64,000 nucleotides of DNA, taken from the NCBI GenBank assembly GCA_012295275.1, contig CM022672.1:18662001-18726000 (forward strand), given 5' to 3'. The translations under genes were made by a program, and so were the position numbers. The notes below the pieces were generated by a model. That model made no database searches and was not told the DNA's origin. It saw only the letters and a list, made by a program, of their open reading frames with translations. Positions 27,937 to 40,665 of this stretch are shown piece after piece (position 1 is the first letter of the stretch; every line of letters begins with the position of its first letter). Origin of the DNA: Chrysomallon squamiferum. Lineage: Eukaryota > Animalia > Mollusca.

Positions 27937-28029
27937 AGACCTATGACTGTTCTGTGATCGCCGGTGGGATGGGAGAAGGTCACATTCCATGCTCCGGTCT
28001 ACGAGAACTTATTCGCATCACCAAAAAAG
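27937..28029 (+). CDS. METTL27: METTL27-like methyltransferase, coding exon 4
   Basis: TYDCSVIAGGMGEGHIPCSGLRELIRITKKG; splice phases agree with both neighbours. Confidence 0.9.
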
Positions 28030-28099
28030 GTAGAAATCAGTTAAATCACGTGTTAATCATAGACATTAATGAATTACATACAGCTATCAGTCATTGCCG

Positions 28100-28148
<49 letters not shown>

Positions 28149-28456
28149 GTTGTTGTTGTTGTTATTTTTTTATTGTCGTTGCTGCTGTTGTTGTTCTTTT
28201 TTGGTGGTGAGAGTTATGATCATTATGGTGTGTCTCTGACTCAGTCGTGACAGAAACATTCAAACTCAGTCAACTGTTAACTTACTTTATCTCTATTTGT
28301 ATATATAAAAAAATAAAAAATAAATCAAATCTCCGGTAAAGGACAAATACCTTAACATCTGACGTCATATCTTATCATTGCAACAACATTTCAGCTTTCA
28401 GCTGAGGATGAGATATCGTTCACGTGTTATTTTTTTTTTTCATTACGTTTCTGCAG

Positions 28457-28641
28457 GTGGTCTGGTTTGCATCGTCATGCGTGAAGAGTACCTTGAGTAT
28501 GTAGCGGAGTACAAAGATCGACTGGAACCTCTTCTGAAGACCTGGGAAGACGAAGGTCTTTGGAAACAGCTGTCAAGAGAAGTCGTAGAGAAATATTCGT
28601 TCGATAACAATGGCGTCATCTTCAAATATTTAGTATGCTGA
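28457..28641 (+). CDS. METTL27: METTL27-like methyltransferase, last coding exon
   Basis: Acceptor tttctgcag; GLVCIVMREEYL...GVIFKYLVC*. The five exons sum to 699 nt, giving 232 aa with no internal stop. Confidence 0.9.
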
Positions 28642-30044
28642 CTGGACGGTTTTAATTTCTTTATTTGTCCACTGAAAGATGAAAATGAACGCATATCATA
28701 ATCCGTTGTCCACATAACGGCACTCAAATACACATATTTATATAATTATGTATTCAAAACATTATGAGAGGGTTACTATGAGTTGTTCTTGGTTAGTATA
28801 TTTATGCTATGCTTGGGAAAGTGAAAGCATTTGAGTTAAAAAAAATTTTTTTTTTTTTTCACGACATCCACATTTATTATGTATAATGTATCCAATATAT
28901 TATGAAGGGTATCATGTATTGTTATTACTCAATGTAATTATTATACGTTTGGGACAATTAAAACATTTGAATTAAATTTGTGTAGTACATATTACTTGTT
29001 TGTAGAATCAGTTTATGATAACACTTATGATATTTGAAACACCCTGTGATATTTTTAAACAAAATTCGTATCTATTGGTAAGTAGAGAAAAAAAAAATTC
29101 TGTGTTGAATTCAGGCGTGTCTGATGAATATTTATACCTTTCAGCCCGCCTTATCATCGGTTGTGATGAACTGCGGTTTAAAATAAAATAAAATAAAATA
29201 AAATAAAATAATACCGATGGTCCATATGGGCTAGTCACACAGTTTGCTCATCATTTCAAGAACAGCCTTCTGTCGACGTATGATAGTAATCTCATGGATG
29301 ACCGATATCTATTATAATTCTTAAAAGTCGAAAAATTAGATATTGAATTATTTTCAGAATTTATCCCAATGTCGGCCATACATACATTTAGGAAATTACT
29401 GGCTTAGTATCAAGATATTTAAATATCAGTGTTAATCTTCTGAAATGAGAAAGGTAACAGGTATTACAGTGACAATCCATAAAGAAAAACAGTAGAGTTT
29501 TAAGAATTAAATTTTATTTCATTTCACGGATGTGGTTCTCTTTCTGTATTTAGTCCCTAGTTTCTCATAATTAGTCCTTTGTTACATTCCATTATAAAAT
29601 TTGATGTGTTTTTTTTTTGTCTTCACGATCTCAATGTACTGCCCTAAATTGTATAATCGTTTAGCAAATCATGGAGCGAACCCAATTAAATTCTTAATTC
29701 AATATTATGAAGAAGTCCCTTGTGATGATAAAGTGAAAAAATGCCAATATTTTATTGATATTAAGATAATCTATAAAGTTGTTGTCTTGATTACTATTAT
29801 ATATATACTTGAAATCGTTTTCTAGATATTTCTAATTATTTTTTTTATGTCTTACTTAACATAAAGAATACTTTTTTTTCTTAATTTATTAGCTTTGGAA
29901 TAAAAAAACATATTTACATGGTACGCGATTATTCACCGCTGAATTAAATAATACAGTGTCAGATGTAATATAATTAAAAAATAATAAATAAACAAACAAA
30001 CAAACAAATAAATAAACAAATAAACAAACAAATAAGTAAATAAA

Positions 30045-30123
<79 letters not shown>

Positions 30124-30718
30124 TTATAATAATAATCATCATCATCATCATCATAATAATAATAATAACAATAATAAAATTTTAAAATTGCCATATCTGT
30201 TATATCAATAGATAAATATAAATTTCCACTTCTTGGAGCTTTGGAAGTCGCTGAACATTTTACAAAATCAAAATCTCTTCCCAGCGCTTTCCCTTCATAT
30301 TCTGCCAGCAGTTTTGTGTCGAATTATGTGTGAAAACCCGTGCAGTGTTTGTAGCAGTGACTTCTTGGAATTCCCTTATTTCACGAGAGTTTTTCAAGAG
30401 TTTTTCAAGAGATGTAACTTCGAAGTCAGTTTCCGAAGTGTTCAAAATAAATTCCATTTTATATCTTCATTGTTGCAGAAATATAAACGTATTTAGATAT
30501 AAAGGCGATGTTTGATCGTTTCATGTTAAATCTGGCATTGAGAAATATGATTTTTCTTAAAGCTAAAAGTTATATATATATATATGTATGTATGTATATA
30601 TATATATGTGTGTGTGTGTGTATGTATGTATGTTTGAATGTACGTACACACACACATATATATATATATATATGTATATATGTCGCTGTGTGTGTCTATG
30701 TGTATCTCTCTCTCCCTT

Positions 30719-30814
<96 letters not shown>

Positions 30815-31987
30815 AATTCAGTTAAATTTACATTATTTATATTATGTTGCTAGATACGTATTGCGAAGTGGCTGAATCGATTCCAGCATAAATGACCACG
30901 TATCGTTGTAATACAAATAATTACCTGGTTTCAGTATCGCTGACCTTCTCATTTCATAACAGTTAACAGCGCACGGTCAGCCCATTTCATAGCACTTTAA
31001 CTGAAATATTTAAATTAGTCGATAAAATCACACTTAATGCTTTTTTTGCCATGCATTGTTTATCGCATTGTGTATAATAGATGAGAGTCAATAACGTCAA
31101 ACAAAGCAGCTGGATAAAGTAAATTAATGCCGAAAACATATGTTGTGTATGTTTCTTTAAAAAAAAATAATAATAAAAAATTAAACCTAGTGACAGGTTA
31201 TTAATACTGTGCTGTTAAAACACACGCGCACTCGTATGTATGCATAAATAAAAATACAAATAACGTATACACGTGTAATTGAGCTGTCTATTTTTGGAAT
31301 GAAGAAAGACAATAAAATAAAATAATATACTGCGTACAAAAATGATGATGATGATGATGATGATGATAATAATAATAATAACGATGATGTTGATGATGTT
31401 GATGATGATGATGATGATGATGATAATAATAATAATCATAAATTTATATATGCTTTAGCTATTTCGAATGTTATGATCACGAACTACAAAATTCATTTTG
31501 CGGTATCTTATTAAAGTTGACTTTTCATAAGCGATATTTGCACAATAGGATTTTCAAGTGGAAATATTAGTTTTTATGTAAAAAAAATCAACTGATTAAT
31601 ATTGTTCAGTAATAATTACCTTAAATATCACAAGTCTACATTTTACCAGGACAGAAACTTTTTAAATATAAGAAGACGGTTCAAACCAGGTTGTTACATC
31701 AGTGGTGGGATACAGGTTGGAACAGGAAATAAAATAAAAGAGGGTTGATGCTCCTAAACATCACATTTCGAGTGAACATCACTATTTTAGTGTGTATGTC
31801 ATGAAAGACAATACTTTGACCATCACTTATGTTTTACTTGTTATTATTATTTTTGTTATTACTATTATTATTATTATTACTGTTATTATTATGATTATGA
31901 TTATTATATTTATTATTATTACTACTACTACTACTACTACTACTACTATTATTATTATTACCATTATTTCTATTATTATTATTATTA

Positions 31988-32051
<64 letters not shown>

Positions 32052-32067
32052 TCATAAACGGGTAATG

Positions 32068-32212
32068 TCGGTGGTGTAGCGTGGGCGGGGCCAGAGGGAT
32101 GGTTTCCCCGGGTACACAATTCTTAGGGTTAGTGGAAGGTGCCCGGGGAGGGCTAATTTTCAAGGGCACACTTGCCTCGCCCCGGGCACTGGCATCCAAC
32201 ACTACTTTTCTG
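32068..32212. mobile_element. Decayed GC-rich MITE-like fragment (hAT-like ends)
   Basis: Short GC island beginning cggtggtgtagcg (resembles CAGTGGCGTAGC termini) with three cccggg motifs; the right end is eroded. Confidence 0.35.
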
Positions 32213-33137
32213 TATAATGTGCAGTTTTACTTTTACTTTTACAACAAATAACAGCTGAACTGAACGAACATCACAGAAACTGAATTCTGTGTGACTTCAC
32301 TTTCATGACTACGAGGTAGATGCAGTAAGTACATGCGACGAAAGATTCTTTGTGTGTAGCAAACATCACAACTTGAGTTATCTCGTAACATCCTCGTAGA
32401 TCTCCTGTCAATAGATTGCTGATGTAATTACAGCCTCCTAAGATTGATATTATTACAGAAATAAAATCTCGTGCACACACACGCACACACGCACAAGCAC
32501 AAATAGATAGACACAACATACACGTCACAAGACCAACTAATTTAACGTAGTGTAGAAGTAATTAAGATACATAACTGTGACTATCAGTCGATTAATAGAA
32601 CTGAGGTTACCGTTCCTGTAGAGAGATCAATAGGAATCTTGATGTTTAGATGTACCTGTGTTTAATAACGATTTTATTCAGTATTTCTGGTGATGACTCT
32701 CTCTCTCTCTGTTTTTTTTTTTTTTTTCATCTGATATATTTTATTATATTATTTTCTTTTCTTTATTCTGACAACAGAATGCCACCCAGTAGCCGATTAT
32801 TATTGTCGTTAAACAATGGTTTATTCATTTATTTATCTTCCTCTTTGTTTTATTCTGATAGCTTATCATCACATTAAAACTATATAGATATATAAATTAT
32901 ATATAGTTAGCTAATAATCAAGAACGAATCTTCAAGATTTCAGTCATACGATTATTTTAAGACGCTGGCTGTTTTACCTTTTATCAGAATCATGGTCATA
33001 TTAAAAAAAAAAGAATTATTGTTCATTTCAAGAGAAAGAAAAAACACATAACACGACAAATCTAATCTTGTATTTTGGATTGATGAAAGAAATAATCCAA
33101 TGTTTTGTAAATATACGTGTACCATTCTACAGCATCA

Positions 33138-33209
33138 GGCGATGTAGATCAGTGGTAGAGCGTTCGACTGCAGATCGAGAGGTCCACAGTTCGATCTCGG
33201 GTGTCCCCT
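33138..33209 (+). pseudogene. tRNA-Cys(GCA) pseudogene or tRNA-derived copy
   Basis: 72 nt colinear with metazoan tRNA-Cys. The anticodon arm TTCGA-CTGCAGA-TCGAG is intact and A/B boxes are recognisable, but the acceptor, D and T stems carry mispairs (T stem CACAG/TCGGG). Confidence 0.8.
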
Positions 33210-33639
33210 AAACACATTGCTAACTTTCTTTTTCATTTATATGAAACTGTAAAGCAAACGCTAATAATAAGGATCTGTACTTACTGTATTAATTCAAGTT
33301 TTCTTCGTGAATTTCATATTAAAGTAAATTTTATTTCTGAACTTCTGAATTTCAGTCTTCGACCTAACTGTGATTCAGTGATAACGTACTGCTACAGAAA
33401 ATGTGTTTGTTTGTTTGTCTGTTTATTTATTTACTGTAATCTTGTTTTAAAACTGTACATGTAATTGATGCTATTCTGATAAAACTCCCATCAGTAGAAA
33501 CCCTACATTGAGTGGATTAAAATTTTACAGAATTAAAACTATAAAGTAAATAGTTTGACATTTTATTTTAATTCAAATTCAAAATTATTAACAACAAAAA
33601 AACACAAAAAAACTTTTTTTTTTTTTTATTAAGTCTCGT

Positions 33640-34400
33640 GTTGGTGCCTGTTCCACGAGGCACTTGTTCCAATGTCTTCTTGCCATTTCTGAATGCTCTT
33701 TATATTTCCTTCCATAAATAGCTGCTGAAATATGAAAATTTCCTATCTTAGATTTTTTTTTCATAAGTGTTTTCCTTTGGCTGTATTTTGTAGATGATCA
33801 TTTCCTATCACGGTATCACTGCAAAGTGCATCAACTGCTTCCCAAGGACGTCTGAATGTTCTTTTCCAGCCTTCACAATAATCATTTGTCCGATCCTCAC
33901 CGTTAGTCGTAGCTTGAAATGCATTCCATTTTCTCAGATATAGCAAGGCTGGTTTAGCTGTAATCTAAAACTTTGTACCAGTCATATATGTTGATACGAT
34001 AGGTATTCTATTAGTTGGTTAAAATGGTTTCGGCAAATGCTATCATCACTATCTAAAGTTCTATCAGTAGGAAAGAAAGCGATTCCATCGAGCATGCCAT
34101 ACAATTGTTTAGTGACTTCACCTTCCTTTTATAGACTGTTTAAATGCAGACTTTGTAATTTATTTTTTCAGTAAGGGACTGATGAATCACTTTTGCCATC
34201 TCTATTAAACCATCATCTCTATCGTGGTTATGTTCTGTTGTTGAATGTAATCTTGTTTATTTCTAAGTAGGTTGAAGTTTTGTCTTTACAACACAACACT
34301 GCTCTTCTTTCACATTCCCACGTCTTAGTGGTGCTCGAATTAGCTGATTTTTCGATCCAAATAAGTCTGTTTTTCATAAAATATCCGATGATGACATAAA
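33640..34400 (-). mobile_element. Mutator-like (MULE) transposase relic (boundaries approximate)
   Basis: Minus-strand fragments GMLDGIAFFP and WNAFQATTNGEDRTNDYCEGWKRTF match the MULE motifs ..LAF.P and WN.......RTNN..EGW. A FLYWCH-like TWEC segment lies near 34320. Many stops and frameshifts. Confidence 0.7.
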
Positions 34401-34892
34401 TGATGCATACGATACTTCTCTGACGTATAAACCATATTGTGATAAAATAAGTATTACACTATTTCTATAACACAAAAAAGAGTCAAATAATGAAATATAT
34501 ATTACATTCGATACCTCTGTGACGTATAAATGATTAAAAAAAAGGGGTATTTCATTTCACATATCTGTGCAGTGTAAATTGACAAATGTTGAAACAGAAT
34601 TAAAAATAAAGATCTAAGGTTTTCATGGATCATGATGGCTGAACTGGAATTAAGAGGTGAGTTAAGTACGTTCATGCTGTGACGCTGTGGTTCGTCTAAC
34701 AACAGGCTAAAGCATCAATAATTATTGAACGAAACTGAAAAGAAAATATGTCAGAATGACCTTTACATTCAGGTGGCATTGGCAAATATTGAGAATATGC
34801 TTCTTAAGATTGTGGTATTTATTTATTAATGTCTGATTGTGTTTAGCCTTTGCCGAAATATACACACAGAAGATCTATAACAATATTATTAA

Positions 34893-34973
<81 letters not shown>

Positions 34974-35511
34974 TCTTTAGTTTGGCTTGGTTTTGCACTC
35001 TTGATCTCTCATTTACAAACCGCAATTATTATTATTATTAATTTTTAATTTCCTATCCCATCCTAGTGTGACGCTAGCTTTTATTATATGCCTCCTATTG
35101 TGCATGTATCATAGATATTTCACAGACTTATTCTTGTTTTAAACAAAAGTTCCTACGCATTGATGTTGCATATCAAATGAACTGTCCACAAAGTTTTATG
35201 ATCGAAACAATGCCAACAGCATTCAGTTTAAAACTGACTTAAAGACTGTAAGTAGATAAATCTCAAACATTCGAAAACATTTGTCAAGGTAAGTCTTGCT
35301 TTTGCTGAATGTTACGTGAATAATAGATATTTAGAAAAACAATAACTATTATCTCCATATTAAATATGAAATTTGAGGGAAAATCATTTTTTTACTGATT
35401 TATATTAATAATAATGATGATGATGATTGTAGCCGTGGTCATCAGTATCATCATCAAAATGTTTTGATTATAATCATTTTAAATTCGATGTTCTTCATCA
35501 TCATCATCATC

Positions 35512-35581
<70 letters not shown>

Positions 35582-35705
35582 TTGTACTACTAATACTGCT
35601 ACTATTTTATGGTATGACCACGATGAAAGAGTCATGTTTTTCCTAATAATAACATTCTAAAAGCTTTTCAAAGGGCATAGTTAAACTGATTTATTTGCCT
35701 TTCAG

Positions 35706-35760
35706 ATGAAGTTCTGTAGTTTTCTTTTGTTTGTGTACTGCAGTATCAGAGTAATTAAAG
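35706..35760 (+). CDS. C-type lectin/PAN/mucin type I membrane protein, exon 1 (signal peptide)
   Basis: tttcag|ATG; MKFCSFLLFVYCSIRVIK(G); donor GTGAGT at 35761, phase 1. An upstream UTR donor AAG|GTAAGT sits at 35289. Confidence 0.75.
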
Positions 35761-35829
35761 GTGAGTTTTCACTCTCCGTTTTTATAATAATATCTAATAT
35801 GTAATATAAAACTGGAAGAGTTGATGAAT

Positions 35830-36030
35830 TGAATGTTTAAAGACATTTCAACATATACTAACGATTTTTAAGTGATATTTAGGCCTATGCCAAATTTCTG
35901 TAATAATGATACGAGAGAAGAAACCCGCTATTAGATGATCTGTTCATGTCGATTAGCGGCAAAGGAATTTTTTCTAGACACCTTCCCATATACAGGAAAG
36001 AACATCGTGCGGCCTTTGATAAATCATCGA
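35830..36030 (-). mobile_element. MetaSINE-like SINE fragment (intronic)
   Basis: gagagaagaaacccgct...gattagcggcaaagga...cttccca..tacagg resembles the reverse complement of the Meta domain and is similar to 61430-61490. Confidence 0.6.
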
Positions 36031-36359
36031 ATGACTGCAGAAAATTACTATTAAATAACAGTTACTGTAATGAACTTCTGTGATAATATTTTGTATATGA
36101 ATCACATCATGATTAGAATAAATACAATAAATATATTATTGTTGTTGTAGTGATGTTGTTGTAGTTGTTGCCGTTATTATTATTATTATCATCATTATCA
36201 TCATCATCATTATTACATAGCGATATTATTATTATTATTTTTTTTTTTAATTATTTCGTTGTTATTTTTTCTCTTTTTTTTAAATTTATTTATTTATTTA
36301 TTTTCTTCTGCTAGCGCTTTTGACACAAACAACTTAATATTAATTTTAAATCTGTTTAG

Positions 36360-36537
36360 GAATAGAAGGAAAGTCATCATATCCAGTGGCCTTAACCCTT
36401 CACACAGAAGCAAGAACTTGGAACGAGGCTGCCCGTAACTGTAAAGAAGAAAACAGCCGATTGGTTACTTTAAAAGACAGTACTAAACTACAAGCTGTTA
36501 GAAAAATAGTTGCTGAATGGAAATACCAACAGTTTAT
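36360..36537 (+). CDS. Lectin membrane protein, exon 2 (C-type lectin domain, N-half)
   Basis: IEGKSSYPVALTLHTEARTWNEAARNCKEENSRLVTLKD... shows the W.EA...C......LV pattern; acceptor tgtttag, donor GTAGGT at 36538. Confidence 0.85.
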
Positions 36538-37023
36538 GTAGGTATTATTTCTGTCAACAGATTCTGTTAAATCAGAACTGTATAGCGTACTAAGATATAA
36601 AAAAGAAAGAAATCTCATAACAGTAGTATTAACAGAACAAAGAAGTGTTGTTTTAATATAAAATAGCTAGGAATATGCTTGAAAGTTAATCTGACATATT
36701 ACAAATAATGTAAGTTAATTAATATATTATTTCCTTGGTTTTCCATTGGCGGAACCAGGATCTGTTTTTCACAGAAGGTGTTACACAATTCCAGTGACAC
36801 AAAGTAGGCGCAATTCAATTTTTTTTAAATTGTATAATAACCAAGCATATGAACCAAGAAATGTGTTTTATTTTTCTTTCTCGTAATATATAAAAAAAAA
36901 AAAACATTTTGAGCATTACGAGTAGAAAGGGTTTCACACCCCCTCAATCTCCTCTCTTTCTATATTTGTTTAAATGTCACATTAAATCATATCGTTTGTT
37001 TGTGTTCTTCTATTATTCACTAG

Positions 37024-37235
37024 TAAAAACGACCTGTGGATTGGACTGTTTTACTCTGAGCGTGACGTGTATAACTGGACGGACTGTACGTCACTTGGGG
37101 CGTGGTCTCAGTGGTGCTACGGGGAACCCAACTACCGATCAAATCATAGATGTATTCGCGCAGACTACGATACGCTGATGTGGAAAACCTTCCCTTGTGA
37201 CAGTATCTACCAGTACATGTGTGAGAGGAAGCTAG
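37024..37235 (+). CDS. Lectin membrane protein, exon 3 (C-type lectin domain, C-half)
   Basis: KNDLWIGLFYSERDVYNWTDCTSLGAWSQWCYGEPNYRSNHRCIRADYDTLMWKTFPCDSIYQYMCERKL contains WIGL, EPN and the C...W....C......C pattern; donor GTTTGT at 37236, phase 1. Confidence 0.9.
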
Positions 37236-38597
37236 GTTTGTGACAGTATCTACCAGTACATATGTGAGAGCAAGCTAGGTTTGTGACAGTATCTACCAGT
37301 ACATGTGTGAGAGGAAGCTAGGTTTGTGACAGTATCTACCAGTACATATGTGAGAGCAAGCTAGGTTTGTGACAGTATCTACCAGTACATGTGTGAGAGG
37401 AAGCTAGGTTTGTGACAGTATCTACCAGTACATGTGTGAGAGGAAGCTAGGTTTGTGACAGTATCTACCAGTACATGTGTGAGAGGAAGCTAGGTTTGTG
37501 TTCAGTATTTACCAGTACATGTGTGAGAGGAAGCTAGGTTTGTGACAGTATCTACCAGTACATGTGTGAGAGGAAGCTAGGTTTGTGACAGTATCTACCA
37601 GTACATGTGTGAGAGGAAGCTAGGTTTGTGACAGTATCTACCAGTACATGTGTGAGAGGAAGCTAGGTTTGTGACAGTATCTACCAGTACATGTGTGAGA
37701 GGAAGCTAGGTTTGTGACAGTATCTACCAGTACATATGTGAGAGGAAGCTAGGTTTGTGACAGTATCTACCAGTACATATGTGAGAGCAAGCTAGGTTTG
37801 TGACAGTATCTACCAGTACATATGTGAGAGGAAGCTAGGTTTGTGACAGTATCTACCAGTACATATGTGAGAGCAAGCTAGGTTTGTGTTCAGTATTTAC
37901 CAGTACATATGTGAGAGCAAGCTAGGTTTGTGTTCAGTATTTACCAGTACATATGTGAGAGCAAGCTAGGTTTGTGTTCAGTATTTACCAGTACATGTGT
38001 GAGAGCAAGCTAGGTTTGTGTTCAGTATTTACCAGTACATGTGTGAGAGGAAGCTAGGTTTGTGTTCAGTATTTACCAGTACATGTGTGAGAGGAAGCTA
38101 GGTTTGTGTTCAGTATTTACCAGTACATGTGTGAGAGGAAGCTAGGTTTGTGTTCAGTATTTACCAGTACATGTGTGAGAGCAAGCTAGGTTTGTGACAG
38201 TATCTACCAGTACATATGTGAGAGGAAGCTAGGTTTGTGTTCAGTATTTACCAGTACATGTGTGAGAGGAAGCTAGGTTTGTGACAGTATCTACCAGTAC
38301 ATATGTGAGAGGAAGCTAGGTTTGTGTTCAGTATTTACCAGTACATGTGTGAGAGGAAGCTAGGTTTGTGACAGTATTTACCAGTACATGTGTGAGAGGA
38401 AGCTAGGTTTGTGACAGTATTTACCAGTACATGTGTGAGAGCAAGCTAGGTTTGTGACAGTATTTACCAGTACATGTGTGAGAGGAAGCTAGGTTTGTGA
38501 CAGTATTTACCAGTACATGTGTGAGAGCAAGCTAGGTTTGAGTTCAGTATTTACCAGTACATGTGTGAGAGGAAGCTAGGTTTGTGTTCAGTATTTT
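37195..38597 (+). repeat. Minisatellite, 43/44-bp unit, 32 copies, built from an exon end plus its splice donor
   Basis: Unit ttgtgacagtatctaccagtacatgtgtgagaggaagctaggt; I count 32 gctagg occurrences. Copy 1 is coding sequence (CDSIYQYMCERKL). Confidence 0.97.
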
Positions 38598-38925
38598 TAT
38601 AACAAGTAGAATTATCTGTATGTGGGTCTGCGTACGTCTGATGGAATGTATGTATGTGTTTATACATGTATGTTTCTGTGTGAGTGATTGTATGTATGTT
38701 GGTAGGTATGTATGTATGTAGGTAGGTAGGTGGGTGGGTAGATAGGTAGGCATGTTTGCATACATGTATATTTATATATCTATGTCTTTAATTATATATA
38801 TATATATATATGTGTGTATGTATGTATATATCTGTATGTATGAATGTATGATTGTATATATAAAAATATAGGACCAGAGTTTTCGCTTATAACCGAAGAT
38901 ATCTGACGTCTTCGGCTATTTACAG

Positions 38926-39177
38926 ATAAATGCTGGTTTGACACATTCCCTCACAAAAAGCTCACCGGAAATGTGATCAGAAGCGAGGCTGTGGATCTTA
39001 CCGGATGTAAGAATCAGTGCCTGATGAAGGACGTTTCAGGAAAGGAATGCGTGGCCTTGACCTTCACGCCGGACAATCAGTGTCTGCTCTTGATGAAGAA
39101 GGAATTGTACTCTGAAGAAATCCCAGAAATGAAGGGGCAGTTACTCAGTGTGTCCGCTGTCAAGCGGTGTTTCTTCT
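38926..39177 (+). CDS. Lectin membrane protein, exon 4 (PAN/apple-like domain)
   Basis: KCWFDTFPHKKL...GCKNQCLMKDVSGKECVALTFTPDNQCLL...KRCFF has six Cys in PAN spacing (C...C3C...C.A..F....C.L...C); phase 1-1 exon, donor GTTAGT at 39178. Confidence 0.8.
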
Positions 39178-39747
39178 GTTAGTGTTTTTGTAAAATGTTT
39201 ATTTTGATTTTACGATCAGTAGCTCGATTTCATATCAGTAAATTAATTAACAACAACAACAACAACAACAATAACAAAAACAATAATAGTAATCATAATA
39301 ATAATAATAATAATAATATGAAAACATGGTGGTTATCTAATAACAGTTAATAATAAAAGACTAGTGTTTCTCAATACGGGAGCAATTTTGATATGATGTA
39401 ATAAGACTAAATTTGTGTGAAACATTCATTCTGATCGCGAACAAATCCTGCCATATTAAAAAAAAAAAAAAACATTTAACTTGTTTTATAAAAATATGTT
39501 AATGAATTCAACCATATTGTTTGGTACACGTTCTAAATGTCTTTATAACTTAAGAAACGTGTACTGCTCTGTGGCAGTCATTACGAGTAGTGGGACATGA
39601 ACCAGAATGGGAACAACTGATCTAGACTGACATTAGAACCTGTCTCCGATATATAATTTATAAAAGAGAGGCTTTTAAAAACTTACAGTATATCTAAATG
39701 TCGTCATTCCATTTTAAAAGCTCTGTCAAATGTTCATTCACAGATAG

Positions 39748-40344
39748 CGTTTCAGACGCAGACACCAACCTATCACGATTCTTCTTGGATTCCTAACCCC
39801 AACTGCACTGAAGACACTGCAGAAACATCTACATCACGACCCCAGATCACGGCGATAACAACAACCCTGCGGGCAACACCAACTGCTACGACATCGGAAT
39901 TGATATCTCGTCCAGGTTCTTCGTCTAACATGTTATCGTCAACGTCTGTTAAGACAGCATCTGCACTGTTGTCATCTGGCGATGTGTCATCGGCATCATT
40001 ATCTTCGACTGTTATGGAGACAACCATTTTGTTAACATCATCTGTAAGTGCGACACTGAGCTCGTCGACTCCGTCAATCACTACGTCATCCACAGTGTTG
40101 CCATCGGCTGCGTCATGTAACTGCAACGTCTTCTCAACAACTCCAACGCAGAATTCTTTTCTACCGAGTCAGCCGGCAGATTCGACAGAGTTACTTGCCT
40201 TTGGGGGCGTAATTTCACCAACCAGAATGTCCGATAGCGATTTGACTTTAACGAACTCTGTGAAGAATCATGATTGGTCAGTTCAGATAGAACCATCAGT
40301 TATCGAACCTTCCACGAGACTGATGCCACTAACACATAGCCCAG
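39748..40344 (+). CDS. Lectin membrane protein, exon 5 (Ser/Thr-rich mucin stalk)
   Basis: About 200 codons rich in S/T/P, same frame as ORF 39900-40379. The frame-preserving acceptor is the TAG ending at 39747; donor CAG|GTATTG at 40345. Confidence 0.8.
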
Positions 40345-40665
40345 GTATTGTTTGTTTATTTAACAAAACTATAAACTAAATGAAATTTAATATTATAAGG
40401 AACATATTGTCTTTTCAATCAGAACAAAATCGGTGATGGGTTGAGCTTAAAACTTATTTTTCGCACTGTGATACAAATACAAGCATTCACACGTACACAA
40501 ACATTCAGAGTGTTTCAATAATTGAAATAATAAGCAACAGGAATTGTATTCACGAAAAAGAGCATTTTCATTAGAAAGACTGAGCCTTTGACAAACCGCT
40601 CTGTCGCATTTCAATTATAAATCTCTTTTGTTTATCTTTTTATTTTTTATTTTTATTTTACACAG

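Noticed and set aside
30230-30540. Possible RTE-LINE C-terminal relic on the minus strand (FSHIIRHK...GKR)
   Set aside because: Only a few residues resemble the motif, across frameshifts; it cannot be supported without a search.
37195-38597. CRISPR-like regular array
   Set aside because: Units are head-to-tail with no unique spacers, there are no cas genes, and the context is a eukaryotic intron.
39773-40126. 117-aa minus-strand D/V-rich ORF
   Set aside because: Antisense shadow of the Ser/Thr mucin exon.
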